In this document: one piece after another, positions 1 to 12,322 of the stretch | Layout: every line of letters starts with the position of its first letter | Numbering within the stretch: the first letter of the stretch is position 1 | DNA from: Trichoplax adhaerens | Lineage: Eukaryota; Animalia; Placozoa | DNA length: 64,000 nucleotides | Assembly (NCBI RefSeq): GCF_000150275.1 | Contig: NW_002060943.1 | Coordinates: forward strand, 4,298,008 to 4,362,007 | Reading direction: 5' to 3' | Notes under the pieces: model-generated | The model's input: only the letters and a program-made list of their open reading frames with translations | Database searches by the model: none | Told to the model about the DNA's origin: nothing | Position numbers and translations under genes: made by a program

Positions 1-1785
1 CTATTACCCTGTCTTTGACAACTGGTGTTCGCCCATAACAATACGATCATTAGGATAATATCTATGTTCTTGGAGGATTTGTTACAATCAAGGGCATACA
101 AATTCATGCAAAAATCTCTTTCTCTCGTTAATTAATTATTTTTGTCGGCAATTTAATCATTAGAGTGCCTGCATAGACTGCTTGTGAGACCAATATATCA
201 TATGTTATTCCGATGTTATTGAAAGGTTTTCTTTAAGCAACAATGCAAATTCTTTTAGGTGATCAGTTATATTAACAGTAGAAGGGTCATCGGTGAAGTA
301 TTATTAGACTGATATTAAGAGTTTTAGTTGCGCATAAAATTTGATGAAACAATGGCCAATATTGTAAATTATTTTGGTAGTTTTAAAAATGCTAAGTTTA
401 CTGAGATATTCTGAAATTGGCCTAAGGTCATTTTACCGGATTCTAATCATTTCTATCTTCTATTGGTGGCATCATTATTTTTGCTTAGTATAAGGTTTTA
501 TTTATTATAGAAAGAATTTAAGTTTATTTTACTGTAATTTAATACTATTTGGCATCGCGGTATCCGCTTTCTTAAACAAAGAGAAAATTTGATAAATACT
601 GCAGCTGACTTCACTAGTTTTACGGCAAATACGATCATTAATTCAATATATTGAGGTGCCATAAGGAAAAATGATCACTGAAAGAAATTAATATTAAACA
701 TATACCGCTTAATTTAGTCGAACTTGTAGTACTCAAATCCAAAAAATAAAATTTATTATTACGCGTTTAGAAAATTTCCTTTTTTATTTCAGAGCATTTC
801 ATGATTCTGTCTTTTAGTCTTAAGTGAGATATAAAATTTTATCAATATTGAGTTTCAATCCCTTCATTACATTAAAATCGATTTTGAATGCTTATAAAGG
901 CGTTACAATCGAAATACAGTACAAGTAAGCACTTCTAAACCGTTGTTATATCCAGATATCTTGGAAAAAAATTTTCTTTATATCATTTCTTTAACTATAA
1001 TTTTATAAAGAACTTTTACGGCTACGATGTTACTCAATTTCAATCTTTTTTCACTTCAGTAACTACAATGACTTAAAGTAATACACTATACTATAACATC
1101 AACTCGATTAGTATCCGGTATGGGTATATAATATACTATAAATGCAAATATTGTTACGGAAAAGTACTGTCAATGGCGCGCAAGAAAAAAATTCCGCATT
1201 GCACTTAAATATTCAATTTAATTTATTTTAAATTAGTATCAAATTTCATATCTTTTTATTTCAAATCTGAATAAAATTCATTAAATCATCTGGTTTTTAA
1301 TTCGATGATGACTCAACATAACGCTTTATTGAAGTAAATGTTCACCAGCAAGTTTCATAACTGAATAAAATTAAACTAAAACAACGAAGGAAAGAGTATC
1401 GTAACAGCATAAGAATTGATTATTAATGCCTTTGGTTTTAGTCATATCTGATTTTTGCTTATTCTATCACTTGAAAGATCATTCAGTCATATCAAGTAAG
1501 TATTGTATAAGTATCAGCATCTATAGCATTTACTACAATGTTTCCTTTACTCTTTTAATATAATAAAGTTAAATTGATAGCTACCGGTAGAACAGACTCA
1601 ATGATCTTTTCATTACTAAATTTTGAAAATTTTGGTTCCAATAATGTTGCATTTGGTCATTTGCGATCAATAAATACAGGCTTATTTTATATTTTGTCCT
1701 TTTGACCATTATTTGACAATTCTAGTCGTATAATCTACCGCATAAGCTGGATACTCAATTAATCTAAATATGGCATCTATTGAAT

Positions 1786-1912
1786 TCTTGAAATTTTCAA
1801 TAACAAGAAGAATTGTGCTGTATCGAATGTTCATATTCTATTAATCTTGATACAGAACCTATTACAGTCTTGAAATATTCAATAACAAGAACAATTATAC
1901 CATATCGGATGT
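1786..1912. repeat. Degenerate direct repeat, two 45-bp copies with period 82
   Basis: TCTTGAAATTTTCAATAACAAGAAGAATTGTGCTGTATCGAATGT (1786-1830) vs TCTTGAAATATTCAATAACAAGAACAATTATACCATATCGGATGT (1868-1912); 38/45 identical. Confidence 0.8.
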
Positions 1913-2477
1913 AGATTTGGGTCCGACTTATCAATATTTCTAGAAAAATAAGCCATGCTATCTTGTTTTTAAATCATCTATGTCTGGCATTAATTGCATT
2001 AAGAACGAATTTTCATCGATATATCATCAAAGGTGTTGTTCCATCCGTGATAAAAGCCTTTCTTTTTAATTAGTATTATAGTGTAGGCCTGATGGCTACC
2101 TACTATATGATAATATAGTATATTTCAGTAATTTTACTATGTTTAATTGATTTGCAATATTCCTTCAATTTATTTGATCATCTTACCAAAATATAGCGAG
2201 TAAATGAAAAGGCGAAAATTTTCCGAATCTCATTCGAAAATAGTTTCTGTAGATGTAACAATTATTATAAAGTTAGAATTCATTAAATTTAAGCCTTATA
2301 TTTTACGGATACCCATTTTAGATGTAGGGATACTATCAATAATATAGGCTATAATACTGTAATTTAGATGATTTCATGACTGCCCGGTTTAAAATAAACG
2401 AGAAAGGTCCTAGAAATTGATAGCTTCAAGGAATAATATAATCCAGGCATTATAAGTTATTATGCGAAATTGTTTAG

Positions 2478-2629
2478 TAGATGATGTCCATTTTAATATA
2501 GCTTTAAATCAACATCAACGTTGCTTATTTCCTGTTGCAGCTGTTATTGATATTTATTTAGGCAAAGCGATAAAACTAACCAAATACCAGTATGTTGTTA
2601 GACAGAGTGATAATCAACGATTTATACCG
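2478..2629 (+). CDS. Candidate upstream exon of the GABA-B-like receptor (N-terminal lobe of the flytrap domain)
   Basis: Open frame ..QRCLFPVAAVIDIYLGKAIKLTKYQYVVRQSDNQRFIP ends at a phase-0 GTATGC donor (2630), compatible with exon 4407. LTKYQYVVRQSD has the LxxYxxxxxxxD spacing of GABA-B1 LPDYELKLIHHD. The acceptor is ambiguous (AG at 2477, 2480, 2501 or 2540). Confidence 0.45.
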
Positions 2630-3367
2630 GTATGCTAACTTAATGGGCTCCTATAATAGCAATCAAAGCTAAAATAATTTTTACTGAGGTCAATTCTTAT
2701 GTTACTTAGTTTCGGTTAAAACCCATGATTTCATCTATTTAACTATTGATAGATTAATTTAATCTTTTCATCGTGTATCTATTCGATTTTATGATGTTAC
2801 ACTGTCACACTAACGATTAAAATAATAATGAAAAAGTAAATTACTATATATTTTGATACCGTTTTAGTAGCATAAATAACTGAGATTTATCTGGGTATCA
2901 AGTGCTGTCGTCGTGGGCTCGCATAGCATATTACTAATATATAATCACCGTAATTCCTCTGTTTACTCTGCTTCCAACTCAGCTTGAAATAATGCTAATC
3001 TATAAAATCGTAGTTGCAGGGCTATTGGAAGCTTTTTCTAAAGATAAATAGCAAAGAAATGGAAGATTTTAGAACTTTGTATTGATCACTTAACACGTAA
3101 AATCCACTTGTTTCGATATTAAATTGTTGATGCCAAATTTCTTCAGGACCTAGCAAAATAATGTATGATTCGCCTATTTTATAACAGTCTTAAAATAGCA
3201 TGATATTAGATTAAAATAAAGAAGAGAGGCACGAAAGTATTGAAGCTGAAAGGTTTAGAATTTATGTACATACAAAATACATTCAGATCATTTATCTTGT
3301 TGAATGATGTATCGATACAATTACTCAATGTGCTATTGATGAGTTGGGTTGTAATGGAGATGCTTCC

Positions 3368-3439
3368 ATGCGATTAAAATTAAGGCAAACCTCTTATATG
3401 AAAGCTCTTGTAGTGAGTATCTTGGTAATTTTAATTGCG
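3368..3439 (+). CDS. Candidate signal-peptide first exon (alternative start) for the GABA-B-like receptor
   Basis: ATG at 3368 gives MRLKLRQTSYMKALVVSILVILIA (basic N-terminus plus hydrophobic core), followed by a phase-0 GTATGT donor at 3440, in frame with exon 4407. Confidence 0.3.
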
Positions 3440-4406
3440 GTATGTGTTTAGAATAGGGCATACTGAAGTACCGTATAAATTATTTATCACGTCGTGCAAA
3501 CTGCTTATGTTGATGCCATCAAAATTTGGAGCTTACTGGATTATATGTCAACTCAAGAATTTATATTTATTGTTATGGATTATACTTATAAAAGGTGGGA
3601 CTAACTAAAATTGCCTGAGATCATATAACCAGTAATGGAAGGATTTCATTTTTACACTAACATTAATAGACGGTTAATAAACAGTATAGATAAGGAGTCG
3701 TAATACTTGAATTTAAATTGAGGAATCAAACCACTGAAAAAGAAAGGTTTTATAAAGTGGTTAAAGAAACGGAGGAAGTTGATTATATAGAGACTTTCAG
3801 AAATAACTACCAAGCAATTTCACGGTAACCGCATATAAAAGGTTTTCAATTGATTGACATTATAGCACAGTATCATACGATACTATCCACTATTAGCATC
3901 AATAAGCTATATCATGCAGAAAAATTGTAACAGTTAGGGCTAAATGATTCTATAAGCCTAATTTAGTCCACAATAATTGAGCCGAATGGCCTTCTCACTT
4001 TTTCTCGAGTTATTTTAGTGTAACAACAGATTTGCATAGCATTTGTAACAGTTACTGTATTCTAAAAGTGATTTATGCGTATTTTGCAGTTAGTATTCGG
4101 TGATAGATTGATTATATATCCATACTCACTTATTAAATTTGGATAGAAAGTAAGGAGATAAGTAAAGACTAAATTAGAATTTGGGGATATGTTTGATGTA
4201 TTTAATGCTCTAAGTTCAATGATACTGCTGGATCTACGAGTTTTCTTTATTTAATCTTTTGTATAAAACAATATGTTTGTTATTCTAAATTTGTCAAAAA
4301 ATCGATTAAATATTTAATTTAGCATAAAACTGATAAATAGCCACATTATGTTTACTTCTTATTTTCTTAAGTTCATTTCAATCTTTATTCTCTTTGTTTT
4401 TTATAG

Positions 4407-7400
4407 TTGGCGTCTCGATATGCTGTTAAAAGTTTAGTTGAATTAATTAGCGAAAAAAAACAAATCTTTGGCTTTCTTGGACCAGTTTCATCGTCATGCT
4501 GTGAAGGTACAGCAGCTGTGGCTCCATTTTGGAATCTGATACAGGTTAATTGAAAATTTGAAGCCGATTGTTTTTTATTTAATTTTGATCAGACTGCTTG
4601 TATTAATATAATAAATGCTTCAAAATGTTTTGTATTTCACATTGAAATCACCAAACTCGATATCAATAGTAAGAATTTTAGAAATTATTAATGTCACTCA
4701 ATTATATTTACAATGCTCTCTTATGGTTGGACAATATTGCCAAAGATAAAATACTATAATATTAAAGTAGCATATTTGTCTATAAACTCCGCATCGTATA
4801 AGCTTATGATACTATATCCTACTCTTGAACACACAATTACCTGGTTATATTTCAATACGGTGCAATTGAATAGCGTTTAAAGCAACATTATACTATAGTT
4901 ATAATTGACTAATAGATTCAAATATATTCACCATTACCACAGCAATTGCCTTTTTACGGATTTCAATGGCTTGCTATTTTTAAGGCGATTTTAATGTTAG
5001 CTAGCAATTAGAAACGTTCAATACTATTTATTACAGGTAGCAATGATTTATAATATAATATACTTTTGATTAGTTCATTATTAACTTTAATCCTGCTATT
5101 TAGGAATATCGATTTTTATCTAGCAAGTTGCATTGTCTGATTTAGTTTAAAAATTAAATACTGTAATATGAGCATAGTAGGATAGATAAATAATCTTAGC
5201 TACGCTTATAAGGGCATATGTTAACAATAAAATAAGCACTTCTGATAAGGAACAGTGTACGAAATTGATCTTAAATATAGAATGCAAGCATAGTCATCAA
5301 TATGAAATTTTAAGAAGATCTACTTTCATACTTAGTTACTGTTTGGCCAAGTCTGTCTTAGTTTTTAGACCGTTTCGATGTTGAAACTCATATTTAATAT
5401 TAATGTATTAATGCAGTATGAATTTAACTAGTAGGTTATGTCAAGATATTATCTCTTCGATATATTATTAAATTTATTATCTACTCTTATGTACAAGTAT
5501 GAGTAGGATTCAGCAAATCACAAAGAATCATATGATCTAAGAAATTAAATAAATTAATTGATGGTATTAGTGACGCGTTTATCTAGGCTCATTTGTAGTT
5601 TTATCATGTGATTACTTTAGTTATGTAATGTTTAGTATTTTCATATCGGTAATTTTCTAATATTAAATTTTTGCGTTAAATTTGTGCTATATTCACGGAG
5701 AATTAATATGATTAATAGATTATGTCTCAGTATTATTTTCTTTTTATGCTTTCAAAATATACAGTGCGACTATAGGTGGGTCTTATCAATGTGAAGGAAA
5801 TTAAATTAATTAAGTTGAATGTCTTAATTCAAAAAACTGCTGACAAGTTCATTCAATTATCATTTACAGTTTCGATGTAAGATTTTCGGTCGTATTTTTA
5901 TTAATTTCCAAGTGTTCCTTATATTTATTATTATATTAAATAATGATACTGTATATTTGGATAACGTGAATATATTTAATAGAATACATCTCAAAGCCAT
6001 TTTATTGTAATGTTTTCGCGTTGTAAATGTGAGTATGATATAATTTCAGCAATCTATATGGGATTACATAATGAGCTTGCTGAAAAATTAATTTACAGCA
6101 CTAATCGGGGAGTTATCTAATTTTATTTAAAGTTGATGCGTTCTTGAAATTGCTTTGCTAATTCTTATAGGCAATTAGCTAACAATTTGTTTTTTAACTT
6201 GGTTTCAGATCTCGAATGGGTGTACGTCGGTTTCACTTGGTAACAATAAACTTTATCCGCTGTTCTATCGAATGACGCTAAATGATACATCTTATAATGG
6301 TGTATTGGTGGATATCTTCCAAAAAATGAATTGGACAAGCGCGGGAGTTATTAATTATCAAGACTTTACCTTTACAAGTGTATGCTATGACATTAATTTT
6401 TCATAAATTTTGATTTAACTAGTGTAGATTAAATGTTAATGATCAATTCGAATAATAAATGGCTTCACGTTCGTTTAATTTTAATCTTAAATTTTTGATC
6501 GAAAATTTTACAATATGAAATATAATATTTTCTCTTGTATCATTTTTGCTATTAAAGATAACGGAAGATTTAGTCGCACAATTCAAGAAGGTTGGCATTG
6601 ACTATGATATTCAAAGTTTCGCTATTGATCCCGTGGCTAGAGTTGATAAGTTAAAGGTAGCTTCACCTTGTTAGCGCAAAGTGTTATTGTTGTAGACGAA
6701 ATCATCTGATTTTGACAATAACGATAGGGGTTAAATATTTCGATATTTCAATTAATTTTTAATAGTAGGAAAGGCAGTCTTAGCAATAATTTAATTCATA
6801 AAATTATCCTTAGTAATATATTAATTATCTTAATTGGTCATGTTTTTATAATATCAATTCTATTTACATACTCTGCGTGAGCAATAATGTTTCAATATTT
6901 GTCTAAATCATCACGGACATCTACTTAGACATCGAATTAGTAAATTGATAATTAAAAAATCTTACTGTTGAAACTAAGATATGCAGTATAAATGCATAAT
7001 TTGCGCTTTTGTTGCATAATTTAACACGTAGTTGAAATTATCCACGCGACTAATATTGGGACTTAAGTTTAAAATATACCTATTAAGATTAAATCTTAAA
7101 TTTTTCGCTTTATTCAGCGTTGTTTCCTTCATTAATACTTCTACGCAATTAGGATGCCGATACGCGAATCTATGTTCTCTATGTCTATCCTGCACAAGCC
7201 ATTAGAATTATATGTAGGGTAAGTATACGATTTTGGATTGCATTCGAAATTTGCGACTGTGAATATACTATCGGCAGCACGATATTCTCTTACGAAGATA
7301 TAAGATGCTCCATCATTAATTTATGCAACTATAAATAATTACCCAGTATCGAACGGAAGTTCATCGATGATAGCTACAAAGCTAAGAGACGATATCTTTG

Positions 7401-10400
7401 CTATTTTTAAGTTTACTTAAGGAGTAGTACACCTGATAGTCTTAAGTAACGAGCATAATTTATTAATCGTCTCGTTTTTAGGCTTATGAATTAAATATGT
7501 TTGGACCTGGTCATGTCTGGTTCTTACCAGAATGGTATGGTTCATTGTGGTATGATAATGAGATTCATGCGGTGAATTGTTCTAGAAATCAAATTCGACA
7601 AACCTTAGATGGCTCATTTGGATTACAACAAGTTTTTCTTTCGTCAGATAATTTGACGACTATTTCAGGCTTGGTAAACTACGTAATTAACGATAAGATC
7701 GAGCTAATTCTCAGTCAAACAATTGTTAATCTCTTAAATTGCAATTCATTCTCTACATATTAGAATATCGATATTGCTTACTTAAATATCAATACTGTAA
7801 TTAATTAATTATTTAGACACCACAACAGTATGTGGATCAGTATTTGGCGATATCTCCATCTAAACAAATTCGCGATGAGAATACGTTGAGTTTTGATTCC
7901 CTTTGGGCGTTTGCTCTTGCCCTGAATCGAACTGATGCAATATTGAGAGAAACTAACGAAAATTTAACTCAATTTACTTATAATGATACAAGAATAAGAA
8001 ATTTACTTTATTCGTCGTTATCTAATCTTACTTTCGACGGAATAAGTGTAAGTTCTATGAAAAGATATTATACCATTGACTTTATGATACGAATATTCTA
8101 AATATCTTTCGTATAGTAAATGCTATTCTTTAAGATATGCATATAATATAATAATTTCAAATTGAGTACTGCAAAACTTGATATCAGTGATATTATAATT
8201 ATATACTTGTAAGATTGAAATATCATAGGCTTAATTAATATCTCCTTTAGGGGAGAGTGGCGTTTGTTGATGGTGATAGGACAGGGGATATTGAAATAAG
8301 CCAATATCAAGGTAATAAAAGGATAACGTTGTGCAGTGATGCAGTACATTTAAATAAAAGAATTTCGTCTGTTAAGCTTAACTGTATGTAACGTAGTACT
8401 GTACTGTGATCATTTCCTGATTCTGGGTTAAACTATTAGAGTAGAAGATTACTTCCAAGTCGAGACAAAACTATTAGTTATCGCTACCTACAAAAGCGCA
8501 ATACCCAAAAAATTAAGTACGGAAACTGTATTATTATATCCAAATTAATCTGGAATTTATTACGGCTTTACAGTAGGCGTGAACCCTAATAAGAACACTG
8601 TTGTCGGACTATATTCAAGCAAAGATGATAGAACCTATCTTAATCGAACAAATTTTATTCGATGGCCAGGTAAGTAGTCATAGTACCCAATCCACTAAAT
8701 GGGCAATTACTGCCTAATTTTAATGAATTTTCGTGATTACCTTGCTAAGAAATACTGATAGCGGATAAATCTCTTTTAAGATGTTTAATTATGATTAGCC
8801 CAGATACTGTATCGATAATTAAAAGTCATATAGAATTATTTGTTTTTACAAATGATAGATAAGTTTGAATAATAGTTTTTATGATAATCATATCCAATTT
8901 TGTTAGACAAAGAGATAAAAGTAATTGCTAATAGTCATAGTGCTCATAATAACTGCAGCAAGAAAAGATTTTGTTTTCACTACTTAAATTTTATTTAATC
9001 TCTAAATATTTATGAACGTAAAGCCATTTACAAGAACTAATTTGCACATTTAGTTATTTGTAGATATATAGTAATAAAAATAACAGGAAATTTTACAGCG
9101 TAAAATTTCATAGATAGCGTAATCAGCACAGCTGTTGTACTGTTATCCAATTATCAAGTAATATCGGTATCTATTCTCTATTATAACTTTAGGTGGCAAG
9201 GTACCTGTAGGTGCCATAACTGTCGTAGTATACAGCTTAACAGTGTCTATTCCTGTCTTTATTGTGTTTACTACTCTATCATTCATTGGAATACTTTCAG
9301 CGATGTACTTCCTTTATTTCAATACCAGTAACAGGCATATTAGGTAGGGCATCTCTTTACTTAATTTATTTGAATTAATTGTTGCATAATATAAAAATAC
9401 GAACGAAATGCTAGAATTGTTCTATTACAATGCTTGCAATACGTTTAGATATGCTAAATTATTCCGTGTAGTACTCTATTGGAGTTAGCATTATTTTGAA
9501 TGCATTTATCTAATTCATACGTAATTAAGTCAAACAAAATATACTCAATTGAATATGTAATAAATTAGGGGTTAAATGGTTAGTGCATGCTTGTTTATAT
9601 CGTTTTTTATTTAATATGCTCGAAGATTATAATTAAGGATCTATATGTATTTTCGAAAGTTATTATCTTTACAGCAAACCTGGTTGTGACCTTTAGAGAT
9701 ATTGTAATACAGTATTATCACAAATTAATTTTCTATTATAGTTATTTTTACATCTTTTCTTAGAATAAAGTATTAATATAGTTTGTTGATTCGTCCTCTT
9801 AAGAGCAATTAAGATGTCCAGTCCAAACATGAACAATATCCTGGTTCTAGGTTGCATCTTATGCTACGCTTCACTGATAATCTACGGCCTTGATGCGGGT
9901 TTAGTGGATTCGCAAGCGATTTCACACAGCTGTATCGCTTATGGCTGGATTTTATGCTTTGGCTTTACTCTATCATTTGGTTCGTTGTTCTCTAAAACTT
10001 GGAGAGTTTATAGAATTTACTCAACTGGCTATAAGAAAAAAATAGTATGTTAAAAACAAGAAATACCCTTTCTGTTGTACTAATTGAAATTGTAGGAGCA
10101 TTACATTAATTTTAGTGGCTAATGCAATTTCACTTATCCTATTCTAGATTTATCGAAGTAAAGTTTTTAAGTAAATGTACTTTTATAGTGTAATTTATTA
10201 TGACTACACCAAGCAATGCAAGCACATCGATATGAACATAAATTATATTTTGTTATCGATAGATTATAAGGGACAAAAGATTGCTATTGTGGATAATTGT
10301 TTTGGCTATTATTGATACTTGCTTACTATTGCTTTGGATGTATCTTGATCCAGTTACAGTAAAAATTGTCGAATCTCAACCAAAGGTAATATAAATTCAG

Positions 10401-12322
10401 CATTAAATGACCGTAAGTGGCTTGACATATTACAGAAAGAATCACTAGTTCTTTTGCTTTCTTATTTTAAAACAATATTATAGCCCTATAATTCACTTTA
10501 TATAGCGCTTAAACTCAACTAATGCAAAAAATGATCACTGATCTGATTTATTTTGATAAGACATAAAGTACTAATAGTATTTCTCTTTTAATAAAAAGAC
10601 AAATCCATTTGAAAATCCTGACATGAGAATTCGTTATAAGACTGTAATATGTTACAACAGTCAAAAAGCAATATGGCTGGGTATAATCTATGGGTATAAG
10701 TTTCTGTTCCTACTGTTTGGAGCTTTTTTGGCATGGGAAACTCGTAACGTTCACATACGCGAATTAAATGATTCAAGATATATTGGTATGTCGGTGTATA
10801 ACGTTTTCGTCATTTCAGCCATTGGAGCCTTATTAAACGAATTTGTTGTTGCCACACCAACAGTCAAATACGTAATGATTGCGATTTTGACTTTGCTGGG
10901 TACAACTATTACTCTATGTTTGGTCTTTGTGCCCAAGGTAAATTCTAATTCATCGCTGTTCATAATCTAATTTCCCATAGTGCTACTATCATGGACTAAG
11001 ACTGACAGCAGTTATGTTGTTAAAAAATTCTATCCGTCAATTGATTCATGATAAAATTAATATTAGCAAGTTTTTATTAGAGTAGATTTATATTAATCAA
11101 CGAAACTGTTTTCTGATTTAGAAATAGAATCGAATACAAGCACTGATAATTTACAATTTAGTGTGATACTATTTTCACAGTACACAATACCGTCGAATTT
11201 TAGTTTAGTTGGAGATTGTAAGCTTTAAAAGCATTCCATAGGTATAACTTTTTTGGCTATATATATTATATAAAACACTTAGAACGGTAAAAAACACTGG
11301 TAAGATTTGATAGAATCTGCATTCAAGTTCAGTAGTTCTCTAGACCGTCCATTCTTTCCACTTAGATTCAAATTAAGCAAAAAAATTTTAACTGACATAA
11401 ATATCGTTTGGGAAACAGCTACAACTATGATAGCACAGTGTTGTACAGGATTATACTCCATTCTTTTTGGCTAGGTAGCACTTTTTACTTGCGCAATGAT
11501 GTTTAAGAATTTGCTTTTTTAAGCCATAAATTTTCATACAAATGCTTGCAGATATTAGAAAGCGATAGTGGTTATTTATAAGAAATTAATATATTATCAG
11601 AATATTATATGAGTGTCACAAACCAGCTTCGTGACAAGGATAACGTAAAACAAATCTCTAAATTACTATAGTCTCCGGGATTCAGTATCCCTTAACTACC
11701 TCACAAGAATTTAGACGCCTTTGATTCTACGTTAAAACAACTATACAATTGAGAACTGCTTTATTCAACTATCTGACGATTTTATATACCCTTTTACAGC
11801 AGCTAACATTCACAAGTCATCTTATAAAAATACTTGTGTGAGAACATCTACTAACTAATTTTTCACAGTCGGACTACAATATGTCGATTCACAGAATCAT
11901 TTCAGTACACATTACAGCACAGCAATAAATTTACTGTAACACATTTATAATTAGAGTAATTCCTATTGTAAGGGACTAGATGTAATATATTATCACTATA
12001 TTATATTAACCAAATTTAGATAACTATTTCTTTACGGTAGTTCGTACCGTGATAATGAGACATGCTGCATTTTAATATTAGGCTTGTTGTCGAAATTACT
12101 ATAGCCTTTGTATAGATAATCTTAAGTTGATATTGCAAAATTGTTTAGGTAAGGCGATGGAAAAGTGATCCACTAGGTAAAGTAGAGCAAACTCGAACTA
12201 GATTCGGTAACGCAAATCGAACAGCTTTAGGAGCGGATCGAACTAGCCAGATTGAGACTCCAGCATCGGATAACTTGATTGAAGAATTCCGTAAAGCCTC
12301 AAAATCTAGCTCGAACGATTAA
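4407..12322 (+). CDS. Class C GPCR, GABA-B receptor-like (Venus flytrap + 7TM_3), multi-exon, 5' end incomplete
   Basis: Thirteen phase-compatible GT-AG exons: 4407-4544, 6209-6379, 6558-6656, 7153-7218, 7482-7673, 7817-8047, 8251-8311, 8574(or 8577)-8669, 9193-9343, 9804-10044, 10263-10385, 10599-10937, 12149-12322(TAA). Sum 2082 nt = 693 aa + stop. GABA-B family motifs: FLGPVSS..WNLIQISNGCTS, YPLFYR, HVWFLPEWY, FDSLWAFALALN, IRWPGGKVP, AIKMSSPNMNN, FGSLFSKTWRVYRI, YGYKFLFLLFGAFLAWETRNV..LNDSRYIGMSVYNV, TLCLVFVPK. No cysteine-rich domain between the flytrap and TM1, as in GABA-B rather than mGluR. Confidence 0.92.

Noticed and set aside
1305-1364. ATGATGA ... CTGA resembling C/D snoRNA boxes
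   Set aside because: No convincing terminal stem, internal boxes or recognisable rRNA guide; expected by chance in AT-rich DNA.
11181-11600. Alternative terminal exons for the GPCR (YTIPSNFSLVGDCKL*, ILESDSGYL*)
   Set aside because: Short with no family similarity. Exon 12149-12322 has a better acceptor, coding-like composition and GABA-B2-like juxtamembrane sequence.
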